This document shows positions 11,851-25,727 of a DNA stretch of 64,000 bases, piece by piece. The notes under the pieces are model-generated. The model saw nothing but the letters and a program-made list of their open reading frames with translations. It did not search any database and was not told the origin of the DNA. Every line of letters starts with the position of its first letter. Position 1 is the stretch's first letter. Source of the DNA: Pelomyxa schiedti (Eukaryota; Protista; Evosea); NCBI GenBank assembly GCA_020536535.1, contig JAHLWZ010000526.1:62001-126000 (forward strand). Direction: 5' to 3'. The translations under genes and the position numbers were made by a program.

Positions 11851-12735
11851 ATCATCCCCTTCCATCCATGGGACAGGCTTTTGGATGTTTTTGTATATAG
11901 CCATATTCTTATTTGTTTTTTCGTTTTGCAATATTGCAGGCTTCTTATTGGGCCTCGACCCTTTTCCATGATTGATGTTTGAAGTGCAGTCATCACAACC
12001 CACTGCGAGTCAGCTTCTATTCTCTTGACTCCTCTTTCTTTGGATACTCCTCTTTCTCAGAATACTCCCTTTTTTTCTGGGCATTCCTTTTGTAAGTGAC
12101 TTCATAGTAGGCGGGAATGAGATGCCATGGCTGCTTCTCCTTACAGTCCTACACTCTGAGAAGGTTCTTGTAGCCCTTTTTGAGCCACTGTCTATATCCA
12201 TCTTGAATGCGAAATGCACTAGTAGCTCTTTGGGGTGTTTCTTGGATCTCTCTTCATGACTCTACAATAGCTGGGTGTTGTTTCTGCATCAACCCCAAAC
12301 TTCACCACCACACCACAGTTGTGGTTAATCCCTCTGCCCACTCACAGGTCCATGTAGGCTGGCGGTGGTCAACGCACCTCCATTTGCAGAATCCTTCCTC
12401 GAGAGGATCCATTCCTCTCGAACTACACTGCGTGGTACCAGATCAACAGAACCCACGATTATTTATTATTATCTCTTTCTTTGTTCTTCACAAACTTGGT
12501 GGCTCCAACGGCGGCATTCAATGAAACGGATTGTTGTGAAATAGCCGTCCGCGAAATCGCCGTGGTTGTCACTCAGATCCGGCGAGCCCTACGTCTGCAC
12601 AACCATCACCACCTCACAGTGTGGGGGTCACTATCTAAACCCAATCTACCTCGGCACAGACCCTATCCATTTTTTTTTGGTTTGGTTTTCTTCGAATTTC
12701 AAGCAGCTTTTTTCAACAAGACGCAAAAAAGACCA

Positions 12736-13803
12736 CTAGTCCAAGTAAGGTTTGTCACAACCAGCACACCTGACTAGCACCCTCATGGTGTCAATTCGTT
12801 GGTCAAGAGGTGTGCCAGTAAGAGACATAAAGTTGTTCATGTTGGGAGAGATGAACCCCCACATATCTTCAATTCGTGGAGGCCTCCTCCACAGCAGCCA
12901 TCCATTATGTGCATCTACCTCAATTAATGACAGCCACGGACGAGGGAGTTGCTGCTCGTCACCCAATAGCTTGCTTGGGGGAAACGAGGGAGCTGCAACA
13001 GTGGTACTCACCTCACAGAATCCTATTTGAAGACGTCCATATGTGTGGATGTACTGTTGGGGTGGGTCCGCTAGATAGTCTTCGTCATCCACGTGGCCGG
13101 CAAAATACACGAAAACCTTGCGGCGATTCTCAGAGTCAGCAGAGTAAAACCAAACTGCGCCGGTGCAGTACTCATCGAAGTGGGGAGAAGGGAATTTACT
13201 GCTTCCGTGTTTCTTCTCGCTTTTGTGCATGATAAACATCACTCTCGCTCTGAATGCTGCCAATTCCTCCGAGAGTGGTGGGTCTTGATGAGGAGCTTCC
13301 GAACAAAAATGTGATGATGCCACCTGCAGTTCCCATTCTCTTTGCTGCAGTTCCGATAGCGCAAAGTTGTACAATGCTTTTCTCTCCACGACTCGCTTTT
13401 GTATAGCCACAATCCCCCCACTCACCTCGTCGCGTTCGTTCTCCGGATTCTGTGCTCCCTCCGCTCTCCACAAAGCCCTCATCTGAAACAAGAAGCTCAC
13501 ATGTTCGCACGCCTTTAAGCATGCACGCGAACACTGAGCAAAGCACATCACAGGGAGCAAAGAAGCACCACTTTGCTCGATCCTTTCATAAGGCTCCCCA
13601 CACGGGTACCGGCACTTCACTACGTGAGGCGGCAGAATAAGCAACTCCGCAATCAGTTCCAGCACCGCCAATGGTATGACAACGTCAAGACCACCATGCG
13701 AACGCATCGACACATTTGAGCTCGAAATATTTTTTTCGGCTTGGTCCGGCGTAGAAACGCGGCGTCGCTTGGTTTCTGACCCCTTGGCTTCTTCTCCCGA
13801 CAT
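12736..13803 (-). CDS. Intronless hypothetical protein with a possible F-box-like motif near the N-terminus
   Basis: ~355-aa ORF from the ATG at 13803; NLS-like KRRR followed by IPLAVLELIAELL. Confidence 0.7.
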   Translation of the reverse strand: MSGEEAKGSETKRRRVSTPDQAEKNISSSNVSMRSHGGLDVVIPLAVLELIAELLILPPHVVKCRYPCGEPYERIEQSGASLLPVMCFAQCSRACLKACEHVSFLFQMRALWRAEGAQNPENERDEVSGGIVAIQKRVVERKALYNFALSELQQREWELQVASSHFCSEAPHQDPPLSEELAAFRARVMFIMHKSEKKHGSSKFPSPHFDEYCTGAVWFYSADSENRRKVFVYFAGHVDDEDYLADPPQQYIHTYGRLQIGFCEVSTTVAAPSFPPSKLLGDEQQLPRPWLSLIEVDAHNGWLLWRRPPRIEDMWGFISPNMNNFMSLTGTPLDQRIDTMRVLVRCAGCDKPYLD

Positions 13804-13883
13804 TGTTTTCAAAACAAGGCAAATGCCCAGCGGATTCCTGTCAATCCGGCCTTTTACCCTTTATCTGGAGACAACCAAAAAAC

Positions 13884-15752
13884 ATGTCAGGATTCCCTGA
13901 GATGGCGAACTCGATGCAGTGCAGTTGGGAGTACACAGGTAAAATCATGCCACTTATGGGATGTCGTTGGTTACTACCACAAGGTCATTATCAACGTTGG
14001 GTGCCTATGTGGATTCGTCTGCATGCTGGTTACGTGGAGTGTTTTGAGACCCAAAATGTCGGTCAGGGTTTTTTGTTTTGTATTATGTTGCCCTCCAGTC
14101 GGGAAATACAACATTGTGATAACAGGATGTTGCTCCAGTGACAAAAAGAGAGGTCTTGCATTGCGATGTTGCAGAGGCTCGAAACAGACCAAATTGTATT
14201 TGCTTGACCCCACACTCACCATATCTTTCCGGCCCACTGTCACTACAAGTGGTGTTGATGTTCACACAAGGACCCACATTAATTTCTATATTCTCAGACA
14301 TCTGGTGCTCTAGAGTTCATGTCTTGGATGAAGGCAATACAGGATTCAAGTATCACACAAAATCTTCACCGACACTTAATTGCAAACAGTTTCCTTTGAG
14401 ACTCAATTGCAACTTTCTCGTACAATCACCCTTCCCTGACTTGGTTCGACTAAAAAAGTTCCTAGTACCCTTGGATGATGTTGAAAATAACAATTTCCTG
14501 ATTGATCCAAGGCAGTTGGCGTAAGAATTAGCCCTAGTACTCTCAAAGAAACTGATTAAATTAAGTGGTTTTGAAACCAACAAAAAATGTGTCTATGTAC
14601 GCAATTCCCAAGTAGTTAGTATTCATACAACGGGAGCATATATTAGCGAAACAACACAGCTCCAAATCGATATAATGAAGCATATATCTCACCCCAATAT
14701 TGTACTTGACAAGGAAATATGGTTGTTTTCATAAGCTCACAGGTGGAGTTTATTGATGCTTTTCTGAGCAAAGATATCTTTTATATTATTTGGGAATTTA
14801 TGAGTGGTGGGACTCTACTCGATTTTCTTTATTCAAATAGAGATGATGAGGGTTTAACGGAGACACCTTTCTCGGAGCATCAAATTGCTTTCATTGCCAG
14901 AGAGGTACTTTTGCATAGCAGTTTTCAAAGAGCTCAGTCAACTTTTAGGTTTTGCATGCTTTGGAATATCTTCATAGTATCAATGTTATTCATTGGTGGT
15001 GACCAATTGAATAGCAATAATATCCTAACAACACATAGTAGTGTAACAGTTGACTGTGTAATGCTGCAAGATAATGGGCAAGTAAAATTAGGTCTTCAAT
15101 CAGTGGAAAGTATTATTGACCAATTGATCTTAGGGATGTTTGGTGAAGCTGCCTCAATGAAATTGAAAAAAAATTCTGCTCCCAGACGTACTTCCGAGGA
15201 CAATGTTTGTCATTCTCCATCTGTAGTTGTTTAATTTTTGAAGCTTCTATACTGGCTATCACCAGAGCAGATTCGTACTACCGAAGTCACCACCAAGGCT
15301 GACTTGTGGTCTCTGGGTGAGGGAGCAAACAAAAACATAAATAAAGAATCCAATACAAGTTAGGAGTAATGTGCCGAGAATTAGCAGAAGGTGAGCCGCC
15401 CTACATAGGCCAGTCCCCAATAAAGGTTTGCTTTCAACTGACAACCAACGAATTTATTCTCATCCCCTCATCACAGGTGCTCTTCCTTATCACTTCTCGT
15501 GGGTTACCACCACTGAAAGATGCGTCTTTATGGAGTTCAGAATTCCAGGACTTTCTAGCTTTACTTTCACTGGATGACCCAACAGTCCGGCCCGATGCTG
15601 TCACCATCCTCAAGGTAAAGCTGTTCTTGTGCACAAAAACCATACAGGTGGCTAACCTCAAAGCTCAGCATGCCTTTCTTCTCAGAGCCTCTAATGCTGC
15701 TTCCCTTGTGCCACTCATCCAGAACAAACTCAATCACCCCACCGGACATTGA
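13884..15752 (+). CDS. STE20/PAK-like pseudokinase with a PH-like N-terminus, multi-exon
   Basis: HPNI|VEFIDAFL, WEFMSGGTL, FSEHQIAFIARE|VLHALEYLHS, YWLSPEQI, KADLWSLG, ELAEGEPPY, WSSEFQDFL. HRD reads HCS and DFG reads MFG. Confidence 0.85.
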
Positions 15753-15986
15753 ACCAAAAGTAACACACCAACACGATAGAACAATAGAACAATTCGGCTT
15801 TTTTCCTTTGTTCTATCTCTCTATCGGTGGGGTGTTTGGCGTGTCTTACCCTCGAAAAACCTTTTCACTTTTTTTACATGGCATTACTTCCCTGCCAGTG
15901 CCAGTTCCTCCAAGTGAGTCTCTGATGAGTGATCACCTTCGTTTTTCCTTCCATCTTTTAATCTTGTAACACAAGGACGTACGATA

Positions 15987-18900
15987 ATGTCGGACCCGAA
16001 GAGTAAACCGCAACCGAGAAGGTCTCCACAACACACCCTTTGTTGCCTCTTTTTTCTTCGTTCGTTTGCTCTTTTTTTTTTTTTTTTTTGGGCTCATTTG
16101 TGGCTGTTACGGTGCTTATTTGTTTGCATAAAAGACACGGGAATCAGGCTACGACGCAGTCACAAACGCAACAGACACAGGCATCGTCGCAACCCCAACA
16201 GCAGAACCAGACACAAGCACAAAACCAGTCAAAAAAAGGGAACCAGAACACGGCAACGGCTAAAGCACAGCAGTCACAACAGCACCCAGCACAACCTAAC
16301 ACGTGAGTGTGTGACCCATCTCCTTTGGTTTATTTTTCTCCCAGGGCACAACCTGATGGAGGAAAGGGAAAAGCCACACCACATGAAGAGTATGAGTACT
16401 ACCACCCTGGAACAACCAACAACAGTAACGGTGCCAATCGAACTACATCGACTCAATCGCAGCAGGATGTTTCAGTGAAGGAAGGACCTGGAAAAGGTAA
16501 CAACTAGACACTACATTTTTCCCCCTCATTACCCTATGTACTCCCTATTTTTAAAAATTTATCATAATGTAGGCACCAGACAAGCAAACAATCAACAAAA
16601 TAATGTGCAGTCACAACAACCAGGTCCACGACTAGCGCCACAAACAAATTCATCAGCTAATGTCAACAACTCCGCTAACACCAATACCGCTGCTTCCAAT
16701 CAAAGAAAATCTAGCACGACCAAAGGTTCTTAAGTTTCATTTTTAGTATTATTTCTCCTAACAGAACCCTAGCTGTTGGGGCGGCACCTTCCCTTCGTAC
16801 TTGTATGTTCCTCTCTTTCTCTGCTCTCTGTGAAACCTAAGTTCAGTGTCCTAAAATAGCTGGAAATACACAGATTTCCGCAAGCTCCTTACCGCAACAT
16901 CAGACACAAACTCAGCCATCCCAACCAACTCAAGTGCAACCACAGGTACAGAACCAATCTCAGGCACAAGTTCAGGCACAGCAAGCTCATATACACCAAT
17001 CTCCACAACAGCAAACTTTTATGCAAATACAATCGCATGTGAGTTTGCAACAGTCGTTACCACAAATTCAACAGGCACAAGTGCCTTCACAGCAACCGCA
17101 GCCAGTGCAACCACAGTCGGCATCTCTAATACAACAAACATTGCCAACATCGCAATCTACACAAATTCAATCACATCAACTTCGCTTTCAACAGCAACTA
17201 CACACACAACGTTTACTACAACAACAATTCCAGCAGGCAAGCAGCAGCTTCACATCTGCACCAAACTCGTCAATTTCGATGTCAATGGTACCCCCCTCAC
17301 CTCAAACAGCATCCTCAGTACTGTTAAATTCCAATGTACCTCCCCATATAACCTCACCTGATAATTTATCCGGCTTGGTATCGAACACAAATCTCCTGAC
17401 CCCTACAGCAAGCTCATACACTCAACCCCAATATCAGTACTACCAGCAGAAAGGGGGGTCACCACAAGCAATCCTCGTACCTACTAGTCATAGTCCACAA
17501 TTCAATGGGACAAACGAATTTCTTACACTTGTCTCAAAAGGTACTGTGATAATTCTTAGACATCACAACATACTTTGCTCTTTGCTCCTTCTAACTTCAT
17601 CCTTCAGGCATTCCTGTTCCTAATGTGGGATCTTCAACAGGTTGCAGGCAACTGCTACACAACTTTTTCACTAAATTTGCTACATTCTTCAGGAATTCCG
17701 GTCCCCTCAGTGTCTCCACACCCAACAAACCCTGCAATCCTTTCTTCATCTCCAGGGATACCTGGAGTGATGAGTCCCCCGTTTAATAAGTCCCCGGGAT
17801 CGCCTGGACTTGTCTCTCCCGTATCCTCTCCACCCTTACCTTCTCCTACCATTCTATCCCCTCGAAGTGCTGCTGGCAGTCCACATCAAATTTTAAACCC
17901 CTCTCCCGGGGTTATACTTCCCCAATTTTCTGGAGAGATAATGCCTGACTCTGTATATCCATCGGAGCAATTCAGCCCACAGTTCATGGACTTCCCCTCC
18001 GATTACGTCTTTCAAGAAGAAGACTTCACGGGCGTGCCTGGATTCAAAGGTACAAAAAGGACATTCATATCTCTGAAACTAACTAGGAAAAGATGACAAA
18101 GATACCCTCATCAACGAGAATGGTGTCCCCGTTATGATGCAACAGCAGACTGGCGCGGTATTTCTTTCATGATCCTTCACTGTCCTCATAGAAATCAACA
18201 GCCTTTATTTCCACAGTCCTCTGGGATTCCTCTTAAATCTTCGATGTTGCCACTCTCTCAGTACAATGTATTCAAGACCTCCCCAACTCTTGACGAAACT
18301 AACTTCTGAGAAGCAGCCCCAAATGAAACCCGCACTTTCCAACTCTGGTAATACTAGAGATATTACAGTTCATAGTATTGATATTTCGTTTAGAGTATCT
18401 AGTACAACAACATCTTGCACAGCTGCAAATGCAGCAAGCAGCTCAGGCACGAGCAAGGCTGGCAAAGGTAAACTAAAGGTTAGTCAATTTTTTCCAACGA
18501 AAAATAGAAACCACCAGCCGTAGCAACAGATAGATTTGGTCTTCTCGGTTTACTCAATGTAATTCGTATGACAAATCCGGACCTCAATACTTTGGCGTTA
18601 GGTTTAGACTTAACCGCACTGGGGCTAAATTTGAACTCTCTTGAGTATGTTTTTTCTCCCTATTGATAGGAGTAACGTGGATTCTCCAGTCGTCTGTACA
18701 CCACCTTTGTTTCTCCTTTCTCCAAGTTGCCACCACACAACAACGAATTCTACCTCCCACATAGCTATTTCAACAACAGCACCCCACTTTCCAAACCAGA
18801 AAAGAAGATCAGCCTTTTTTCAGACGAAACACTGCTATTCATATTTTACAGCATGCCAAAAGACGAACTTCAACTATTAGCAGCAAAAGAATTGTAAGCA

Positions 18901-19130
18901 TTATCCCCACAACAACCAACGAGCCACTCTAACCAATAAAAAAAAGGTACAGAAACGACTGGAGATTCCACAAAGAATTGAAAATGTGGGTGAAACGGGA
19001 GCCCACATCTGAAAGTACCATAGGCCCAGGTTACGAGAAGGGCACATTCAGTGTATTTGACCCCAAACTGTGGGAGAGACAGAAACGGGACAACTTTGTG
19101 CTCGTGTATTCTGATTGTGAGGTGTTGTGA
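15987..19130 (+). CDS. CNOT2: CCR4-NOT subunit NOT2 (CNOT2) homolog, Q/S/P-rich N-terminus, multi-exon
   Basis: DRFGLLGLLNVIRMTNPDLNTLALGLDLTALGLNLNS, FSDETLLFIFYSMPKDELQLLAAKEL|YRNDWRFHKELKMW and VFDPKLW (NOT box); TGA at 19128-19130. Confidence 0.9.
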
Positions 19131-19240
19131 TCGTCTTTGTACACTGTTAAAAAAAAACCAAATACATTTTCCTCTTTAAACAAACCCAGAAGGATTCTTC
19201 CTGGTTGTTGGTTTTTTTTTCTTGTTTGTTTTATTACACA

Positions 19241-20967
19241 CTAGTCACAGTATGATGCTGTAATTAGGAGGGGGAGGGCAAGCCAAACAGAAGCGAGGGT
19301 GGCAACCAAAGAGGCACCAAGGCCAGCAACAGACCACTTTGACAAGAAGTCCCTCTGCAACAGGACTGCGAACATTGCAATGCCACAAACTCCGGCTGGT
19401 GTCATCATGCACCATACAAGCATTGCGGATACCCCGGCTAGGCAAGGCTCGGCGATAGACATGAAGGACATTATGATTGAAGGGACGCTCAAGACACAAA
19501 GAACAGCCCACGCTGATATGAAGATGGCCTTGGAGTTGTGTGCTGGAGGTGTCTAGTCGTATGTTAATCATGGAAGTTTGAAGAAAGTGAGTGAGGTAGA
19601 GCGTGTACCCCTAAATCAGGTAACTCAAGTACGGCGGTAGAAGTGAGACTGGTAATAGAGTTCCGCATGATGTACAAGGAGATAGTGCTCAGAATAGCGT
19701 AAATAAGTTGGAAAGTCTCCCATCCAGCCCATGTCAAAGCCCAAAGGAAGTCGTTCTCATAAACAAGCATAAAGGCAAACGACACGAAATTGGCAACGCA
19801 CCCCATAATTCCAAAGGCAAGAACACACCCTACCAAATGTTAAAATTTTGGTGGTATTGATTGACATACTCGCTAAATCTCTGTTTCGCAGAATAAATGG
19901 GTACCTCCTCTCCAATTTGTATATTGATAGGGCAAAAACCAGAGTGATAACAGCCATTGGGCCAAACATCCACCAGCACAATGTCAGTATCTACATTTCC
20001 GGTTTAATTAATGCTGATCCATAATAATAGGTTTTTATAAATGAATAACGTTTGTAAAAACTAGAATGTCTGAATTTTTATTTTGGTTCGTCATTTGTGT
20101 ACATACGCAGATCAAGATATTGAGAAGAATTGTACTAGCAAGCTTCCCAGAAAAAACGTTCTTCTCCCTCCCCTGGCACATGGTGTGCACCACGGCCGAG
20201 TGCACAAAGCCACTGGCCGCGTACTCCCTCGCAGTGCACGTCCTAGGCAGCGGCGTGGTCCCTGGCTTCCTGGCGGCCAAGTAGTAGCACCCAAGAGCAA
20301 ACGACTGCCTGCTGACTCCCTCGGGGTGCGGCAGGCCCGGCGCCGGCCCCAGGTCGCCGTAGGACGCGTCGGCCTCGGCGTCGCCCTCGGCGGCGGCCAC
20401 GAGCGCGGCCTGGCGCTCCAGCCCGTCCGTCTCGAGGTTGGTGCGCAGCCACTTGGACAGCGGCATGGCCATGGAGCGGCTCGAGGCCACCGCCGCGTCG
20501 GGCGAGACCGTGAGGCGCGTCACGGCGTCGACGTAGTACTCCTCCTCGCCGTACTGCGACCACACGGCGCGCGCCGAGCCGAGCTGCGCGAGGTCCGGGC
20601 GCCCGACCACCCGCGGCATCGAGTCGAACACGCCGTCGCACTGCCGCGCAAAGTCCTCGGGCACGACGCCCCGCGGCGCGTACCCCGGGGGCTCCGTGGG
20701 GGGCGGGGGCGGCGGGCACGCGGGCTGCTGCTGCTGCTGGAGCTGCTGGAAAGGCTGCAGCTGCTGCGGAGGCGGCCCCTGGGGGCACTGGGCGATGTCG
20801 TTGACGACGAAGGCGCCGGGGGTGGAGGCGTGGGAGGCGGACATGGGCTGGGCGACGTACATAAGGGGCTGCTGGTGGGACCCCACCGGCGCGTAGCCTA
20901 TAGGGCGCACCACGATGGACTGGGCCATGGGGTTGATCTCCTCGAACGTTGGCTGTTGCGCATCCAT
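19241..20967 (-). CDS. Hypothetical multi-pass membrane protein with a P/Q-rich N-terminus, multi-exon
   Basis: GC-rich first exon (MDAQQPTFEE...), followed by exons encoding several hydrophobic helices (WWMFGPMAVITLVFALS; VLAFGIMGCVANFVSFAF; SVAGLGASLVATLASVWLAL). Confidence 0.65.
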
Positions 20968-21219
20968 GGATGTGTCGGTTGTTGATTGCTTGACGCTGCT
21001 TTTTTAATTTTGCTACTTTGCTGCAGTCTTTTTTGGGAATCGCCGAAAGTGACGTTGTTGTGGGGACTCACTTGAACAGTGAACAAACCTGCACAATGTC
21101 CTCTCACCAGGCACGTGACCCACTTCTTGATGCGCGAATTGTGCCCCACCCGACGTCCCCCGCCCAGAGTGTAATTCACAGTGAACCTTTGTGTGTTCAT
21201 CATTAACGGCTTTACGAAA

Positions 21220-24200
21220 ATGAAGCGTTCTCTGGTTTCCTTCGCTCTGGTGCTGGTGTACCTTTGGGCGTCGTCACTGGTCCATGGGACTCTGACACTT
21301 AGGGACAACACCGAGCAGCTGTCAGGGCCAGGGACGCCCGACAACTTCGACGAGTGGTACGCCTCCCTGCTGGATTATCGTACGACCGCGCTGGATTCCA
21401 TCAACTACAACGGGTCGTTGTTCACGGTGGACTCGCTCGTGTGGACGACCACGTCGTACATACAGACTCAGATGCACCCTTACGATAAGTACTTCTACAC
21501 CAGGGGCGAAGGCTACACTATCGACAAATTTTTGGACGACCTCATCGACAGATACGGCGGAATAGGTATTTTTTTTTTTTCTCCTAACCCATAGAGATAT
21601 CAATACCTAACAAAAGTTTTTCTTCCTTATTGGTCATAGACTCAATGTTGCTGTGGCCAACATACCCAAACATTGGAATTGATAACAGGAACCAGTACGA
21701 TCTGATTCTAGCAATGCCAGGTGGAACTTTTTTGGTTTCTTGTTAAATTAAAACTGCTCCATAGGTCATAAAGAAGGACTCCTTGACCTCATCAATTCAA
21801 TTCACCTTCGAGGAGTCACTGTTTTACTTCCTTATAATCCTTGGGATCAGGTTCCTACCCAGGGCTTTTAACAGAACCCCATCACTCACGGCACAATAGG
21901 GGACAAGAGACACGGGGCAGACAGATGATGTAACGCTTACACAATTAATAGCTGATGTGAACGCTGATGGTCTCAATGGAGTAAGTTCGATATCACCAAA
22001 GTTTTTTCTCAGTTACACTTAAGGATACCATGAGTTGGGTCCCTGAATCTTTCTTCCTTGACTCCGAGGCCTTGGATCACCCTGTGGCTATAGAGCCTGA
22101 ACTCGGCGGGATCCTTGAAGCACTCAACTGGGAGACTATGGGATGGGGGTTTGTGTCATATCATCAACGGCTTCTTTTTGTAACTCCCTACTAGTTATTG
22201 GTCCTACCCCTACGAACCTATGGTAACTTCTTTAATTCCTTTATTAATAGAAACCACCTTTACAAAAGGTGGACCGGTGGAAATGGTTAGAGCCAAGGCA
22301 CCTCACACATGTATGCAACAGATGGGCGCAAAACCATTTAGATGACTTGCAAGTATCAAAACCTTTTCCCTGCCATTAAAAATAATTGATTACCAGGCAT
22401 CATACTTTAATGGTGATGGCTTTGAATCCTGGGAGAATGTATGGGGTACATGGAATGGAATCACTCCCCGAGATGGACAAAGAATTTTGAGGACTGGAGC
22501 AATTCTTCGATTCTTTGGTGATCTTGGATTCCCACAATCTCAAGGATGGATTCCGCATACACCAACTGTCATTCAAAATACCCAAGTCTATGCCAGTGAA
22601 TTCCCAGTTGGTGACGAGATCTTGTGGTTGCTGGTTAATAGAGGCACTACTGATCTTACTGGCAAACAACTCACGGTGACTACTGATGGGTTCCACTTTT
22701 ATGATTGCTATGCTGGCGAGGAGCTATTAGGGAATGGAGGCGCACTGGAATTTCCTATTGAAGCTCAGGGTTTTGGCTGTGTCATCCAAACAAAAAATAT
22801 TACTACTCCCGGTGACAGTATGATCTCTTTCTATTTTCCATTGCCATCTCATCTCTTCAGGCTCACCCCTTGGACAATTTTTGATTTACATGTCCCAAAT
22901 CACTCAGTTACCTCTGTCATCTTATGACGATACGTGGCAATACTTATGCCAAGAAATGGTTGAAATTCTACCAACAAATATGTATACCAAAACGCCACCA
23001 GATATGGTGTATATTCCTCCTTCCTTGTTTCATTTCCAGGTAACGGAGAGGTTTTGATATCTTATATTCAGAATGGCAATAGGTTCAGGGAGTAGAAATA
23101 GAGGGAGATGATGCACATGGGGTCGATTTCCAATACCCTTGGGAAACCCATCCACAACGCACACATAATGAGCTTCTACACCTCTCACCATTCTACATCC
23201 ATAAATTTCCTGTTACCAACGCTCAGTATCAAGAGTATCTCTCTGACTCTCATTATGTCCCTGAAGACCCCTACAATTTCCTTGCAGTTATCCAATCTAC
23301 TTCTTATTTATCACATTAATTCTTCTAGTTCTGGCAGAATGGAACATACCCCGAGGGATGGGCTGACAAGCCTGTTACATGGGTTTCACTGCAGGAGGTA
23401 AGCAAATTTCAAACAAATTATTCAATGACGCGTTTTTAGGCAAGGGATTTCTGCTCTTACTACGGGTATCGATTACCTCATAGCTACGAGTGGCAGTATG
23501 CAGCACAAGGCACAGATGGAAGATTGTACCCGTGGGGTAATACCAATGACCAGAATAACTATCCCGTTCAATCAAACGGAAGTAAGAACTCTGAATTTCT
23601 TCCCACTTCTAAACTGAATGCAATAGGAACACTACCAGGCCCAGAAGATGTCGGTGCCCACTCTCCTGCCGGCGATTCGATATTTGGTGTCGCAGACCTG
23701 GTAAGATTAGTCTCATACCCTGGTTATTGACTGTTCACAGGTAGGAAATGTGTGGCAATTCACCGACGAGTTCCAGGATTCTCATACCCGCGCTGCTGTA
23801 TTGCGTGGTGGGAGCAATTACTATCCCAGTGGATCTTCATGGTAGTGGGTCCCCTCTTATTGATCTGTCTTTGTGTGTAATTGGAAGCATAGGTACTTCC
23901 CACAAGCTCTTGAATTGAATAAACACAACAAATATCTGCTCTTTGATGATGCGTCTGTAATACGCCTCTTCTTGCACATCTAATTCATTCCAGATATGAA
24001 CGTGCTGGGACACTATCTTTCCGTTGTGTAGCAGATGCTGACACAACCTGCCATAACACCTACTTATGCTCTGATGTTGACTTTGCTCCATCTTCAGTTG
24101 ATCTCACTTCAAGTGGAAGCTGTGATTGGGAAGAATGGTCTGATGTCAGTGATCGTAAAAAAACTCCTTCTGTGTCAATTAGTGATTTAAAGGTATTTCC

Positions 24201-25428
24201 CATGTGAAATATAGTGTTTTAATCTCTTATAGGTCGTTGGAGATACTCCATCACTCTCTTCTGAGTGCCCCTCCAATGTGTTCTGGTCAGATGGCACACA
24301 ATTGACCACTGGAGAAACAACAGAGTGCATATCTTTTTCTGGAGTTGGTTCCGGTTTCTACTTGAGGTCTACAAGTTGCTACCTCCTCTTTCTGATTTCA
24401 ATGCAGTGCTCCTGCTGATAAGCAATCAATGAGGAAACTATCTATATTTATGTCTCTTCGAGATGCCGTCATAAATGCAACAGCGGGCTTATCTGATGGT
24501 AGTGGGCTCCTGAGTCAGAGACTTGGTCCATACACAGGTGACTTCATGTGGACAATCCAATTTAAGTCCTCTACATCTGGGGCAATTGGCTACGTTGATT
24601 TGGAGCTTCAAGAACCCTGTGACTCCAACCTCTGTGGCTCATTAGCGATCCCTGGTACTCTCCTTCTTTTATAAGATCTACTCAACATCCCCTTCAGAAT
24701 CAGCTGTAAATCTTACTGAAATGGGAGATGTTGACTGGGTCCACTGGGGGCTGGAAACATCAACAAGTGTAGACCGCAAGATAGTGACTGGTAGTCATCC
24801 AATCAGTGATTTCACAGTTTTGGGCGGGGTCGGTAATGTGGCTCAATACTCAAATAATCCTGTCTCGTTCTCCTGGAGTGACGGAACCCCACACAATGTG
24901 ATTACGGGATCAACAACAGGTATACTTCAAATTACTTTTTCTTTACATTTTTCCCTCATAAAACATTACTCTTTTAGGAGTATACTTCTCCAATGCCAAG
25001 GTATCTCTGGGATTCCGGCTAACAGTGGAAACATCAACTTCAATGAGGAAGTTGTCGGTCTTTGTGGGTGTATGGTCTGCCCGTGGAAGAATCACAGTCA
25101 GTTTATCTGATGGAAGTTCTTCCTACACCGACAACAGTAAGTTCTTTATTTATTTTAAATTTTAGAGCCTCATCGTATTAGAATGCAACCACTAAGCCCA
25201 TAATCGAAATGAACTAACACAAAAACCAAACCTCTCACAGGCATTTCCAATTACTCGAGCACTACCAACGGAGTGTATGAGATCTACTTCCGCGGGGGCA
25301 CGGGTGTCACTCTAACCGTGGACTGGGTTCAGGATGATGGGACAGGAAATGTGACTCTGCAAGCAGCCACGCTCGAGGACGCATCCAATGGCCTCGTATC
25401 CCTGCAGGCTGCAACTTTCGTCTGCTAA
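21220..25428 (+). CDS. Secreted protein: uncharacterised N-terminal domain, FGE-sulfatase (SUMF1-like) domain and two C-terminal beta-rich repeats; many introns
   Basis: Signal peptide [17 protein letters not shown]; [24 protein letters not shown]; FGE motifs [46 protein letters not shown]|VGNVWQF, LRGGS and SFRCV; repeated VDLT/VNLT..G..DW..W...WSDGT; TAA at 25426-25428. Confidence 0.85.
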
Positions 25429-25727
25429 AAAAAATCATCCCCACATTTCCGTGTTGGAACGGTACTTTTTCCGTGTAATTGTGATCGTTTCGTAGTGTTG
25501 ACCACCCGATTTTTTTCGAAAAATCAAACAAACAAAAAAATGTTGTACCTGCCTGCCCATACAACAACAAAACGAAAATGGATATTGCCCCGTTGCATTT
25601 TTATGTTTCTCTTTGGCTGTGCTGAACCAAATAACACTGGAACCACAAAAAAGTAGCGGAGTGGTTACTGTTGTTGGTGGAAATAGAAAATAGTTGACAA
25701 AGGAACAGCTTTTATTTTTTCTTATGC

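Noticed and set aside
20083-20985. Long antisense or alternative-frame ORFs in GC-rich tracts (also 8647-9390, 52829-53605, 52879-53556)
   Set aside because: Stop-codon scarcity in very GC-rich coding DNA explains them; the products are Arg/Gly/Ala-rich without motifs.
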